Origin: the human T2T-CHM13v2.0 reference genome, Homo sapiens
Length of the DNA stretch: 64,000 nucleotides
Direction: 5' to 3' (one strand)
NCBI RefSeq assembly: GCF_009914755.1
Contig: NC_060943.1
The notes under the pieces: generated by a model
Told to the model about the DNA's origin: nothing
Database searches by the model: none
What the model saw: the letters and a program-made list of their open reading frames with translations, nothing else
Shown here: positions 16,646 to 35,863 of the stretch, piece after piece
How the letters are laid out: every line of letters starts with the position of its first letter
How positions within the stretch are numbered: position 1 is the first letter of the stretch
Made by a program: the position numbers and the translations under genes

Positions 16646-17040
16646 TTTATGTACTTTATAAATGAATGCTGTAGAATTCATGAATTAGAGAGCTTGGACT
16701 GTTGAAAGGGGTCACAGAGGGTGACGTGGGGCCCCTTCTCTCTGTCACCCTGAGGCATCTGGGCCTTTCCATTTGTTCTGTTCGCGCACACACTTATTTT
16801 CTCTTTTTCCATTTATTTTTAAATTTATTATTTTGTTATTTGTGCTCGGTGACTAGGACCCTGGCCGCACCTGGGACAGGGGCCACCCTCCTACACCAGC
16901 CTCCACCACCCCATGGCTCCCTGAACCCAGTCACAACATCGGGAGCAGCCCAGGTGGGGTGGGGAGGAGGTGGGGATCGCGAGAGGGCTTCGGAGAGGCA
17001 CTCCCTCTCCCACCAGTTCTGGGACAGAACAGGACCCGGC

Positions 17041-17531
17041 TGTTTGTTCTTGATGTACGTTAAGGAGATGCAGACAGACTGGGAAAGAACGGAGGTTCTT
17101 TCTCCAACTGGCTATGGGGAGAAGGTCAGAGTAGCTTACCAGACCAACTCAAAGCTACAAACTTCTTTTTCTAGTGCTTATATGCATTCTAAGCTCCACG
17201 CCTATGTGCGGAGTGCACCTGCAAGACAGCGTGTTTCATTCTTATCAATATCTAATCTTTAACTAGTGTCCAGGGTCTGGAAAGCTTTCTCCAGAGTCTT
17301 GGAAAGTTTCTTAATCTTAAATGGACCCCAGTATGAGGAATATGTGGAAGAATGCTATTATTATTTGATCAGATTTTAGGGTCTGAGAAAACCCAGCTGG
17401 GGTTTTAATGGGCTTGTTTTCTCATTCCCGCCCTCATCCCCAGGCACTAGTTTATCCAGTTCTATAATGTTTAAGGTATGCATTCATCAAAAATAAAGTT
17501 TAGTGGAAACTGACTCTTCTGGTCGCTAACA
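17041..17531. mobile_element. Probable LTR (family uncertain)
   Basis: ~490-bp block beginning TGT and ending AACA, with LTR-like composition. Confidence 0.35.
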
Positions 17532-19118
17532 GAAACCTGATCTGCCACACACCCATCCCAGGCACGCGTCCCCTGGGATCATGGAAAACCCACTGGGCAG
17601 GTCCAACGCCCAGAGATGCCACACTTAGTCTGACTTTGGGCCAAAGCTGGAGCCTGAGAGGGAGTGGGTGGGGCGGGGTGTGGAGGATGTGGGCTATGGA
17701 GGAGCCCTCGGGTTTGGAAGGAGGAAGCAAAGGCTGGCCAAGGCACCTGAAGCACATTCTTCAGGCCCTGTGCCAGGGACAAACCCTCGTGGCCAGTGCT
17801 GATGTGGAATAGATCGCAGGGAGGGGGCCACGCTGCTGCTTACCCAACCCAGAAGCAGGTTCCTTAGGGAGCGTTCAGCCCTAGGGTCTCCACCAACCTG
17901 GATTCCCCAAAGTCAAAGAAGCCACCACCTTTCTGGGTCCTGTTTCTCAGGGCCAGGGGGTCTGCACAGGGCCTGCGTCCCTGGGCCTCAGTCATCCGAG
18001 GCCAACCCAGGCTCCCGGACTGCCCGATGGCTTCCCTGGGCAGATTCTGACTCAAAGGGTTCCATCATCGCCCCACAGTTGGCAGCCTCGCCTCAGTGGC
18101 CCCAGACGGGCCCGGTGGCCAGGTGTCTGCACGTGCGGGAACTCTGGACCCGGCACATCACCATGGCAGCAATCTGGCATCACAGGGCAAATGCCCTGTC
18201 TCACAGGCCTAACCCTAGCTCAGGGCCTATCAGTGGGAGCACACCCAATGCTGGGTGAGCTCTGCCTCCCCATGCTAGGATTCTGCAGGGCGTGAGAGCT
18301 GTGCTGGCGCCTAGAAAGCGACAGACCCACCCCACCCACGGGGTGGCTGCTTCCTCATCCTCCACAGTGAGCGTCCTAAACCTTCACCCTGTCCACATGT
18401 GACTCTCCTTGCCTGCACTCCCCCCACCACCCCATGAAATGATCTCATTTGGTCATTTAAGTGGAAAACTAAAAAGTTTTAAGTGACTCCGTGAGAGCAG
18501 GAGAGAGGCGGGTCTCCCAGCTCAGACCCCGCCCTGGACGCCCCCACTGAAGCCGCACAGCAGGATGTAGGTGCCCAAGGCACCTACACGCGCCGAGAGG
18601 CCTCGCTCAGCCCCGCCCTTCTTAAACCTGGAATCCTCAGGTGTCTGGGTCCTGCCCCATACAGGCCCCCTAGACCACTGGTCCAGATCCCCAACCTTCC
18701 CCCAACACGAGGTATTGACATCAAAGCATCACCTCATCTGGCACAAGAATCTGAAACACAGACCGCACCTTACACCAATGTAGTGAATCCCTCCTTGGAT
18801 CTCAGTCCAACAAGCCCAGAGTCGGGGCTCTGGGTTCCCGCCCAAATGCCACGTGTGCGCACAGAAGGCACCTGACGTCCCTTCTAAGGGACAGGAATCT
18901 CAGGCATCCCAGAATCACTAGGTCTGATTTAAATAGCGTCAAATAAATTGGAAAAGAATGAAAGTGCTATAAAGTTCGGCTGAAATTTTCAGAGGTTTTA
19001 TTGGTTGTATCTGGTGGAGAGAGTGGGCAAGTCTTCTCTGAACATCCATGAGGACGAAGAACAGTCACTGAGGTGACGGTACCAAGTCACCGGCCACCTC
19101 CCAGGGATCCTCTCATCC

Positions 19119-21240
19119 GGTCCTCACAGCAGCGCTGCATGGTCGGACCTCATCACCCACATTCCACCAAGAGGAAGCTGAAGCCCGGGGCCTTCATCCA
19201 CTCATGTCCTCCAGACCCCTGGCACCCATCCTGGGCCCCACCCCATCATCCAGGCCTTGGGCCTTCGACCTGGGGAGAGTCCCTGTCTCCTCCATGAGCC
19301 GCCCTGGGCCTGAAGAGGTATCCAATAAACAAGAAAGCAGAACACAAAGAGCTGTGATGGAGTGGATCTTATGTAGTAAGAATAAACTTATTTTGAGAAA
19401 TTTCTGGGTCATGTATTTACCCACAGAAAAACAGAAGCAAACACACACACACACACACGCACACACACACACACACACACCACACAGGCTGTCACGTGTC
19501 CTAAGCACAAAGTGCCTTGAGCAAGGCCATTGCTGGCCCCACACTTATCCTGACTGTGATCTTGCTGTGATCAGCACATCCCATCAGTGTGGCAACAGGT
19601 GTGGCCAGAGTGGGAACCAGGCCTTTTCTTCAGATTTGCTCTTTGTTCCTGAATAGCCACCGTCAGAACAGACACCCTCCTAGAAGTCACTTGATTAAAA
19701 ATTTCCTTTTGGATATTTAGGTTGATGTTTTATCCATCGGTTAAAGTATAAATGTATATTTATTATAAAAGTGTAATTATGGCTCTAATTAATGATTATG
19801 GTGAATTTTAATAACTATAGCTATGAAAATATTCCAATAGATAAAAACAGTGCTAAAATATACAGTTAATATAAGAGTGATTACTTTAAGATAAATCTTG
19901 TAATTTTTGATCTAATAAATCTTCATAAAATATACATGATCATGAAGCACATCAATAGAATTAATCCTAATATTTATAGCAATACTTGGCGTGCTCTCTC
20001 TCATAAAAAATAACATTAATAGTAAAAAAAAAAAAAAGAAACAAAGAAATCGGCTGGGCATGGTGGCTCATGCCTGTAATCCCAGTACTTTGGGAGGCTG
20101 AGGCAGGCAGATCACGAGGTCAGGAGATCAAGACCATTCTGGCTAACATGGTGAAACCCCGTCTCTACTAAAAATACAAAAAAGGAGCCGGGTGTGGTGG
20201 CGGGCGCCTGTAGTCCCAGCTACTCAGGAGCTGAGGCAGGAGAATGGCATGAACCCAGGAGGTGGCGCTGGTAGTGAGCTGAGATCATGCCACTGTCCTC
20301 CAGCCTGGGCAACAGAGTGAGACTCCATCTCAAAAAATAATAATAATAATAATAAAGAAATGATGAAATTTAAAAATTCTATTTAATTTTGGGTTGTTTA
20401 ATTTTCATTTGGGGCATGACTATGTGAAGTAATAAATTTTGTTTGGGCATTAATATGGGATGACCTATGTCTCCCGCAAAATTCATGTGTTGAAGTCCTA
20501 ACCCCAGTATCTCTGAATATAACTGTATTTGGAGATAAGGTCTTTGAAAAGGCGATTACGGTAAAATGAGGTCATATGAGCAGGACCTAATCCAAGCTGA
20601 CTGGTGTCCCTATAAGAAGAGGATATTAGGGCACAGACACACACACAGAGGCCATGTGAAGACACAGGGAGGAGTTGGCCATGGATAAGCCAAGAGATAG
20701 ACCCTCAGAAGAAACCATCCTGCCAACACCTTGATCTCATACTTCTGGCTTCCAGAACTGTGAGGAACTGAATTTCTCCTGTTCAAGCCACCCCTCTGGT
20801 GCCCTTGATTATGGCAGTCCTGGGGGATTAACACAGGCAGAAGGAAAATGAAGGATGCAAGAGTCAGAGAAAGGAAGAAATCAAATGTACTTTCTCCTCA
20901 TACAATTTTCAAAATTTCAGTTACTTTAGGAAAACACTTTTTGGGAAATTATTCTAAACTGGGTGTTTGGCGTTTTATTCTAAACTAGGTGTTTAGTGAC
21001 TAGATACTTTCTTTTCTTTCATAACACATGGTATCTGATTTTCTGGGAAACTTTCTATTTGACAAGTGTGTGATCAGGGATCTCTACATGAATTCTCCAC
21101 AGAAAGACTGATCTCATGGATCTAGAATTTGCAGTGGTTCTTGTGATTAGATACCTGAAGGAAATATTGCTCTTATGTGACATTAAAGAAGAAAAATATG
21201 ACACTTACGGCAAGTAAAAAGACGGCGTGTGGTTCTATAC
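19119..21240 (+). repeat. Segmental duplication, copy B (left limit unknown because copy A runs off the window)
   Basis: Aligns to 1-1865 joined directly to 4479-4720. Confidence 0.95.
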
Positions 21241-21693
21241 GCTTGTCTGGGGCTTTTATTGTCTGCACCCTTTGGCCTTTTTGAGTTGCCAGCTTCTCCA
21301 GGTCCTCCAGCTTCTCATGAGTTGCATCTAGGATATATGAGGCAAAAAAGAAAACTCAGGGAAACTCCCTGCTCTGCCATTTCTGTGGTCCCAAGGTCCT
21401 CCCTTCGTCTGCCTTCTTACCCTACCTTTCTGAGTCTTCTTATGCTTGTTTTATAGCTGTACTGAGCAGGAGAGATATGGAAACATATGCCTACCTCGTC
21501 TTTCTGGAAGCAGAATTCCACTCCTACTGAAGGGTTTTGGTAAGAACACATTTGCCAGATCAATAATTGCCTACCAAGGATCAAACACTGTTTTGATTTG
21601 CCCCAATAAAGATACAACATCTGGCACAGCATCTGTGGTTGGGGCACAGTCTAGCTCTGGTTTTGAAAACTTACAAATACCTGCCCTTGTCTG

Positions 21694-22097
21694 TGATACA
21701 GTTTGGATGTTTGTCCCCTCCAACTCTCATGTTAAAATGTGATCTCCAATGTTGGAGGTGAGGCCTGGGGAGGTGTTTTGGTCATGGGAGGAGATTCCTC
21801 ACAAATGGCTTGGTGCCCTCCCCATAGTAATAAGTGAGTTCTCACCCTGTTGGTTTGTGCAAGAGCTGGTAACAAGAGTCTGACATTTCTCTTGCTCCCT
21901 GTCTTGCCATGTGACATGCCTGCTCTTCCTTTGCCTTCTGCCATAATTGTAAGCTTCCTGAGGCCCTCACTAGAAGCAGATGCAGGCACCATGCTTCCTG
22001 TATACAGCTTATAGAACCACGAGCCAATTAAATCTCTTTTCTTTATAAATTACCCAGCCTTGGTATTTCTTTCTAGCAATGCAAATGGACTAATGTA
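21694..22097 (+). mobile_element. MaLR LTR (MSTB-like) nested in ERV-L pol
   Basis: TGATACAGTTTGGATGTTTGTCCCCTCCAA...GCAATGCAAATGGACTAAT. Confidence 0.85.
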
Positions 22098-22601
22098 GTC
22101 GCTTTATGAGGGGTCAGAACGTGAATTGCATGAGGACATGATGATAGTGCCCATTATCCCTGAATTTTTCACATCATGCAATTCACCTTCTGGGCCCCAT
22201 ATAGGGGAAGTGATTCTGGAAAATGTGGTTCCCATCTCAGAAGGGAGTGGGTGTTGGGGACAAGGTGATAATAGAAAGTCTAGCACAGTCCACCCCATTC
22301 AAAGATAAGCATGTATTGACACCCATTATAGCCATTTTCAACTTCAAAATAAAGGCAGCAACAATACCATTTTCCAAGTAATGTGATGCAACTATCAGTT
22401 TTACCACCCAAAGACTTTTAATCTTCTCTAGAGAAGAGGGGTTTGAAAATGCATTGTCCATCTCCCAGATGATTAACAACCTCTCTTACTATTTCATACT
22501 GTAAATACCAAGAATCAAACAATATAAACCAATACTTGATAGAGGAGTATGAAGGCATTGAGACAAACAGCAACGGAATCAGTTAACATAGAAAATATTC
22601 A

Positions 22602-23660
<1,059 letters not shown>

Positions 23661-25632
23661 TTACATGCAGTACCATTAGTTTAAGTTCAGTTGATTCACT
23701 GTCTTTCTGTCTCCTTCCACAAACCAACCTCTTGCATCAGATGTTCTCCTTAACTTGCTTAGAGTGCTGCCATTTTTTGAATTTTTTTCCACTTTATCAC
23801 CTGAAACCTCATTTCCATCTTAAGTAGGCCTCCCATGCATTGTCTAAGTATCTCCCTAGTAATTCCCAACATTTTCTTGTCCCAACTGCAGCCTAGTTCT
23901 CTCTTTAATAGAATTGTTTTACATCCCTCTCTTGTTGTAGATATGATTTCTCTACAACTCCATATATGAAAAAGATAAGGTGAATAGAGGATATTGTGAG
24001 CAACTCAGTTTCCCTTGCCACTTCCCAGATTGGTAGTCCAACCCCTTCTCTGTGTCTATTCCCTCCAGCCATGCTATTCTTTATTTATTCTTGTGGCCTC
24101 CTTGTATATTCACAGAGGACTTTGCTTTGCTCTGGTTGTGATTTTTAACCTGGTGAAATTACCCACGTCTTCATTCTTGAAGTATATATGCCATTAGGAG
24201 TCTTTTCTGTAATGAATTGTTATAGTTTTCCCATGTTTTACTATGGGACGTGGGAGTTCTAAGAGGCATCCCACAGAATGCCTTGTGTGAGTGGTATAGT
24301 TATACTCTCTTCTGCCCATTGTGTGGTAGCTACCCAATTCCCCCCTTGATAATCAGGACAATTTGCCACTTTTGGCCATTAGGCTTTACACAATTTCTTC
24401 TACCTTAGACTATATAACCATTCAATTAGAGCCAGGTTAATGCCTTCTACTTCCAAAGTCCACATCTCTGGAGTCAACAGCAAGAACATTCCCTGCCAAG
24501 GACTACTCCAGATTTCTGCATGCTTAACCCAAAGCAAAAATAAGACCTTTTGAATTAAGGGTGTTTATATCATTAATCTTCATCATATGCAATGTTGAGT
24601 TTTTTTTGCAAAGCAGATTCCTGGTTAAATTTTTTCAGAGCATCAAATTCCTTCTGGTGTAACAATATATTATTTGCACCAATTTTACCTGTATAGCAAC
24701 TACTTTTCATTCTTATCTTATAAAACTTATCATTTGGTAAAAAAAAATTCTCACTTTTCCTGAATTTCCTGTTGGTTCCTTGTAATATCTTCCATCTAGG
24801 TCTTTCAACAGGGTGAGTTTCATATTGATAAGGAGTTCAGGAAGGGAGTTATCGAAAGATAAAGTAAGTGCACTGGCATTTTCTCCTTGAGAGGCTGGGT
24901 AAGTCAACAATAGATTAGACCTATGGAATATGAGAAACAGCAGGCTGTCCCTACAAGGTGGGAGACTGTTGACAGCTATGCTGAGCCTAAGGAAAAGAAG
25001 ACAGCCATGAACTGTGTTCAGAATTAATTTGCCCCGACAGAAAATAGAGGCAGGGAAAATCAAGATACAGTACTCTGGAATGTGCATTTCCATGTCATTC
25101 TCATGAATGGTACAGTCTAACTAAGTTCAGTCATTTTCTCAGTACAAATTCTGATTCTTGCTCTCTCTGGTTGCATCTACTTGGCGAGCTGCCCTGGGCA
25201 TGTCGTTTAGCTATCTCTATTTCGTTTTCATACCTCCCATACAGTGCCATGGAGTCCTTGTGTCTCCCTTGTGGCCACACAGAATGTTCAGACAATGAGC
25301 TTAATCACTTGATTTCTACTACTTAAACAGACAACTCTTGAAATCAATTTGGAATGTTTTTTGCTCCACCAAGTATTGCAAGACGTTAGCAAAGATCTCA
25401 GCTAGGTGCCCTTTATTAGAAAGCCATCATACAAATATTTGAAAAGATTCAATTCTGGCAATTCTGGGGAGTCGTCTCCATTTTACAGCTGCTTCTCTTT
25501 ACTTGGGGAAGGTATAAGTAAATTACACCTTCCCCGAGCATCTCAGGGAGACACTCAGGGGAATCCCCTCTGGCTTCCCCGACTCTGTGTTATCAGTTAA
25601 GAAGCGCATGAACATTATTATGCATTGTGTAA

Positions 25633-26008
25633 TGATATGGTTTCACTGTGTCCCCACCAAAATCTCATCTTGAATTGTAGCTCCAATAACTCCCACATGT
25701 TGTAGGAGGGACCCGGTGGGAGATCATTGAATCCTTGGGGCAGTTTCCCCATATAAGACTTATTCTTGCGGTAGTGAATAAGTCTCGCGAGATCTGATGG
25801 CTTTATACGTGGTTTCCCCTTTCTCTCGGCTCTTTCTCTCTTTGCCTGCCACCACCTAAGACATACCTTTGCTCTTCCTTCGTCTTCCACCATGACTGTG
25901 CGGCCTCCCCAGCCATGTGGAACTGTGAGTCCATTAAACCCCTTTCCTTTATAAATTACCCTGGTCTCAGCTATGTCTTTATTAGCAGCATGGGAACAGA
26001 CTAATACG
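25633..26008 (+). mobile_element. MaLR LTR (THE1-type)
   Basis: TGATATGGTTT...CCCCACCAAAATCTCATCTTGAATTGTAGCTCC...ACAGACTAATAC. Confidence 0.88.
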
Positions 26009-26410
26009 TGTAATATTGCTATCGGCATTTATCTAACAATGATATAGCTCTAAGCAGGTGTTCTGTGTTCTTACTACACACTATTTTCGCTACAGTGAAG
26101 CTGTATACCTGTTGATTCCCCATCTGGCCCATTGCAGCCAGATTTTTCTACCACTGGCAGGCTACACCTTGGCTCACTACAAGTCAATGTGTTTTGTATT
26201 TTTCTCTAGCCATATATGGTTTCAAAGATGTAGGAAGAGTATAGGTGGAGAACTGGATTTAGATAAGGCTGTGGTTTTCCTAAATGAGTCTTACCAAACA
26301 GTGGGGAGACAAAGGACAATGGAAATCAGCAGGCTGTAATTATAATGATTAAGCAAGGAATCTAAGGTAGATAAACAAGTGTTATGAAAGCCGTCTTGAA
26401 TCAGAAGTCA

Positions 26411-27034
<624 letters not shown>

Positions 27035-27479
27035 TCACATATGAAGAGATAAGAATTCAAAACATCTTAGAATTCACATTCCAAATAGCTTAAATGGAAC
27101 TGGGTTATTAAGAAAGAGGGCTAGAAACATAAAATGTACTAATGAACTCATCTAAATAAAGGAATAATGTGGTTAACAAGGCAGGCTATTTCAATAAAAA
27201 ACAATTGCCTGAATGGCCAAATCTGTTGCCTGGGCAACAGAGCAAGACCGTGTCTCAAAAAACAAAGCAAGCAAACAAAACAAGACCTACTCAAGCCCAA
27301 TCCTATCTCTAAAACAATTCTGTGCCCCTATTCTCTCCTTGCCAGTCTTCCTTATCTTCCTTCCTCCTTCCTAATCACCTTAATCTTAATCATGGTTAAT
27401 CTTTAACAGCTGCTCCATCCTTTTCCCAACCGGTAAACTTCACCACATTCTTAGAATCCTAAACGACGTTCCCCCCATT

Positions 27480-30299
27480 CCTATTTTTCTGAGAGTTTTT
27501 ATCATGAATGGGTGTTAAATTTTGTCAGATGCTTCTTCAGCATCAATTGATGTGGTCATGTTATTTTTCTTCTTTTGCGTGTTAATACGGTGCATTCCAT
27601 TGATAGTGATTTTTGAAATATTCTGCCAGGCCTACATTCTAGAATAAAGCCTAATAGTCATGGTGTGTAATTATTTTTTATATTGCTGAATTTCATTTAC
27701 AAATATTTTGTCAAGAATTTATTTTTCTTTTTTTTAAAAATGGAGTCTCCCTCTCGCCCAGGCTGGAGTGCAGTGATGTGATCTCGGCTCACTGCAACTT
27801 CCGCCTCTTGAGTTCAAGCGATTCTCCTGCCTCAGCCTCGTGAGTAGCTGGGATTACAGGCGTGCACCACCACACCCAGCTAATTTTTTGTATTTTCAGT
27901 AGAGATGAGGTTTCACCATGTTGGCCAGGCTGGTCTCAAACTCCTGACCTCAGGTGATCTGCCCGCCTTGGCCTCCCAAAGTGCTGGGATTACAGGCGTG
28001 AGCCACCGTGCCCAACCAAGGATTTTTGTATGAGGGATACTCATCTATAGTTTTATTGCTTGGTTGTTGTCATTGTTCTTTGTCTTTTTATGGTTTTGGT
28101 AACAGAGTAATTTGATTTCACAAAATAAATTGGGAAGTATTCCTTCCTATTCTATTCTCTGGATGAGATGGTACAGAACTGGTGTTAATTTCCCTTTAAA
28201 CATTTGGTAGATCCTCAAGTCGACCATCTGGGCTTGGAGATTTCTTTTTTAGGAAATATTTTAAATTCTAAATTCAATTTCCTTAATAGTTATAAGGCTA
28301 CTAAAATGATATATTTCATATTGGGTGTGTTGTGCTCATTTGTGCTTTTAAGTGGGTGGTCCATTTAATCTAAGTTGTCCAATTGTGTAGAGTTATTCCT
28401 AGTTTTCCATTATTAATCTTTTAGTGTCTGCAAAACCTATAGTGCTATCTCCTGTCTCATTATTGATATTGATAATTTGTGTCTTCTGTTTTTGATAGTT
28501 TTGCCAAAAATTTATACATTATTGATATTTTGAAAGAATTAACTCTTTATTTCATTGATTTTCTATACTGTTTTTCTGTTTTCAATTTTCATGACCCCTG
28601 CTTTCCTCTTTATTATTTCCTTCCTTCTCCTTGCTTTGGTTTATTTTGCTCTCTTATTTTTTTCTAGGTTCTTGCTGTGGGAGCTTAGATTATTGATTTT
28701 TCCTTTCCTTCCTTCCTTCTTTCCTTTCTTTCCTTTTCTTTCCTTTCCTTTCCTTTCCTTTTCTTTCCTTTCCTTTCCTTTTCTTTCCTTTCCTTTCCTT
28801 TCCTTTTCTTTCCTTTCCTTTCCTTTCCTTTCCTTTCCTTTCCTTTCCTTTCCTTTCCTTTCCTTTCCTTTCCTTTCCTTTCCTTTTCTTTCCTTTCCTT
28901 GTCTTGTCTTTTCTTTTCTCTTCTTTTCTTTTTTTCTTGGAGTTTCACTCTTGTCGCCCATTCTGGAGTGTAGTGGCACGATGCAACCTCCGCCTCTTGG
29001 GTTCCAGCAATTCTCCTGCCTCAGCCTCCCGAGTACCTGGGACTACAAGCACCCGCCACCATGCCCGGCTAATTTTTGTATTTTTGGTAGAGATGGGGTT
29101 TCACCATGTTGGCCAGGCTGGTCTTGAACTCCTGATCCCAGGTGATCCACCTGCCTTGGCCTCCCAAAGTGCAGGGATTACAGTCTTGAGCCACTGTGCC
29201 TTACCTGATTGTTCCTTTTTTCTAATACAACTATTTAGTGCAATAAGTTTCACACTTAGCACTGCTTTATATATGTTCCACAAATTTTGATATATTGTAT
29301 TTTCATTTCATTAAGTTAAATATACTTTTAAAAATCTTTGAGACTCATCTTTAAACCATGAGTTATTTAGAGTTGTGTTGCTTAGCTTCCAAGTGCTTGG
29401 AGATCTTTCTGTAATCGTTAGTTTGATCAAATTATGGTCAGAGAACACACTCTGTTAAATTTCAAAATTTTAGAACTTGTTGAGGTTTGTTTTATGGCTC
29501 TAGATAGAAGTCAATTCTCCATTACCATTTACAATGACATCAAAAATAACAAATACCTAGAATTAAATCTAAAGAAAGGTGAGAGACCTCTACAAAACTC
29601 TGCTGAAAGATGTTAGAGAAGACCTAAACAAATGGGAAATAAACCATATTTATGCTTTGGAAGACTCAATGTAATAAAGATGTCAATGTTCCCCAAATTG
29701 ATCTATATATTCAAGGCAAACTCAACAAATATTACAGCAAGATTTTGTATAAGTTAACAAACTGATTCTAAAATTTATCAGAAAATGATGGCCAGGTGTG
29801 GTGGCTCACACATGTAATCCTAGCACTTTGGGAGGCCATGGCAGGAGGATCACTTGAGCCCAGGAGTTCAAGACTAGCCTGGGCAACACAGTGACACCCT
29901 GACTCTACTTGCACAAATTTAAAAAAAAAGGATCAGAAAATGAAAATGACAGAAAATGAAAATGACAATACAATATTGAAGAAACTAAACAAAGTTATAG
30001 GACTTACACTAACAGATCAGGAATTTTTATGAAATTATAATAATTTAGGGTGTGGTATTGTATAAGGTAAACAAATTTATCAATGGAAAAAAACAGAGTT
30101 CAGACACAGATCCACACATAGACAATCAGTGATTTGTGACAAATGTACCACTACAACTCACCAGGCAGACATTAGTCCTTTTAATAGATATCTATATGGG
30201 GGGAATGTATCTTGACCCTTATGTCACACCAAATGTGAAAATTAATTTGAAATGGATCATAGACTTAAAAGCAAAAGATTTCAAACTATAAAGCAGGAT

Positions 30300-30300
<1 letters not shown>
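27480..30300. mobile_element. Old L1 ORF2 fragments (minus to ~29510, plus thereafter) with nested Alus (27722-28017 -, 28925-29205 -, 29789-29928 +)
   Basis: L1-type T-rich then A-rich sequence, e.g. GGAAGACTCAAT...AAGATGTCAAT...CCCCAAATTGATCTATA. Confidence 0.8.
28697..28937 (+). repeat. (TTTCC)n/(TTTC)n pyrimidine microsatellite derived from an Alu tail
   Basis: Directly visible tandem pentamer array of ~240 bp. Confidence 0.97.
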
Positions 30301-34530
<4,230 letters not shown>

Positions 34531-34582
34531 CAGCTAAGTAGGCATACAGTGGTCGGGGGCTGTGGAGCCAGGTGACTCGGAG

Positions 34583-35614
34583 CTAAAAAGCAATTCTGGA
34601 AGATGACTGAGCTACTCTTCTTTCAACTTGAGAGAGGAAGAGAAGGAAGGAGAGGAGGGAAAAGACAGGGAGGGGAAGAGAGGAGAGTGGGGCAGTGGAG
34701 GGGGAGAGAGAGAGAGAGAGAGATTGATGGTTGCGCAAAAAGAAGCTAGTGAACACAGCAGGCATTGCTCACCTTGATGGAATACACACAACAAAACTCT
34801 GTCCACCGCCTGGGCTGCCCTTACTTGAGCACACTCCTGGGGTAGTCAGGCCTCACTCCTGGGACATGGAGCCTCACTACTGCCTGGTGCTGAGAGCCCA
34901 GGGGCTCCAGTCAGCAGTGCTGGAAGCAGGGCCAGAAGTGCAGTTAGGACCACAGAGCTGGGTCTTGTTCAAGGACAGGATGATCCCCTTATTACAGCCC
35001 CAAGAGATTGCAGATCTGGTCTCCACTCTGGAGTGTCAACTGGCACAACCACAGTCCAATATCTGGAAGAGTCAGAGCTGATGAGCTGACAGGGGACCTC
35101 TGGGAGCCCCCAACCCTATCCACAGTGCTATAATCCTCCCTCCTCTCTTCTCCCTCCGCTCACCACACCCCTTCTCATCTGTGGTCCCTTCTGAGTCTGA
35201 GCCCAGGAGTTCAAAAACAAAGATCAGCTGAGAGCAGAAGGAGAATGACAATGTTTCTGGGGTCACCGGATCATGATCATTGGGGCACAAGATGATGTCT
35301 CTGAGTTTCTTTGGTTGCTGTAACAGCTCACAGTGGATTTTGGGACTGACTCTGGATGTAGGTCCTGGGGACTGGGCTTGGCAGGTGAGGAAATGCAGGG
35401 AGGGCTCTGGAAAGGGTTAAGCTTCTGGAATTTGCAGGTGGGGAGAGAGATTGCAATGCAGTCAGAGAGGACACGGGTGATTATGAGGTGGGAAACCGAG
35501 AATTAAACAGAAAAGAGAAAATTAAGTTTGAAGTTCAGAGGTACCTTAGGGATAACATTAGGCATTAGCTCAGCTTGGGGCTGGGGATGACTTACCGAAG
35601 ATTCTGGGCACCAT
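34583..35614 (-). pseudogene. Unprocessed IGFL4-like pseudogene: exon1 35614-35596, exon2 35227-35179, exon3 35062-34825, putative exon4 from 34626
   Basis: Exon1: ACCATGGTGCCCAGAATCTTCG|gtaag = MVPRIF. Exon2 reads IFVFELLGSDSEGTT (IGFL4 [15 protein letters not shown]). Exon3 reads DIGLWLCQ..GDQICN../[49 protein letters not shown]..CAQ|gtaag. Lesions: 49-nt exon2 (frameshift), exon2 donor GT>AT, exon3 frameshifts, and TGA at 34911-34913. Confidence 0.92.
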
Positions 35615-35682
35615 GGTTTAGGCTTCAGAGCAGCAGATGAGAGAGCAGCAGTGGAAATGGGTCAGTGACTTTACACAGGAGA

Positions 35683-35690
35683 TTATTATA
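35683..35690 (-). promoter_or_regulatory. TATA-like element (TATAATAA) upstream of the IGFL4-like pseudogene
   Basis: ~70 nt upstream of its ATG, similar to the spacing at IGFL1. Confidence 0.35.
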
Positions 35691-35863
35691 GGGTATGAAC
35701 TTACCCATATTTAGGGAGGTGTGCAGAAGGAGTGGTTTCTTAAAAAGGGTGGGGCATGAAAAGCCACAGAAAGCATAACAAAATAAAAGCATTGACACAT
35801 TAGTAGGATGCTACTGGACCTGTTCCAGGGCTGTCATGTTCTCAGACAGCTCAAAACTCAGGG

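Noticed and set aside
28555-29127. 190-aa F/L/S/P-rich and K/E/R-rich ORFs
   Set aside because: They are translations of the (TTTCC)n microsatellite plus Alu. The same applies to 53465-53837 and 57638-58173.
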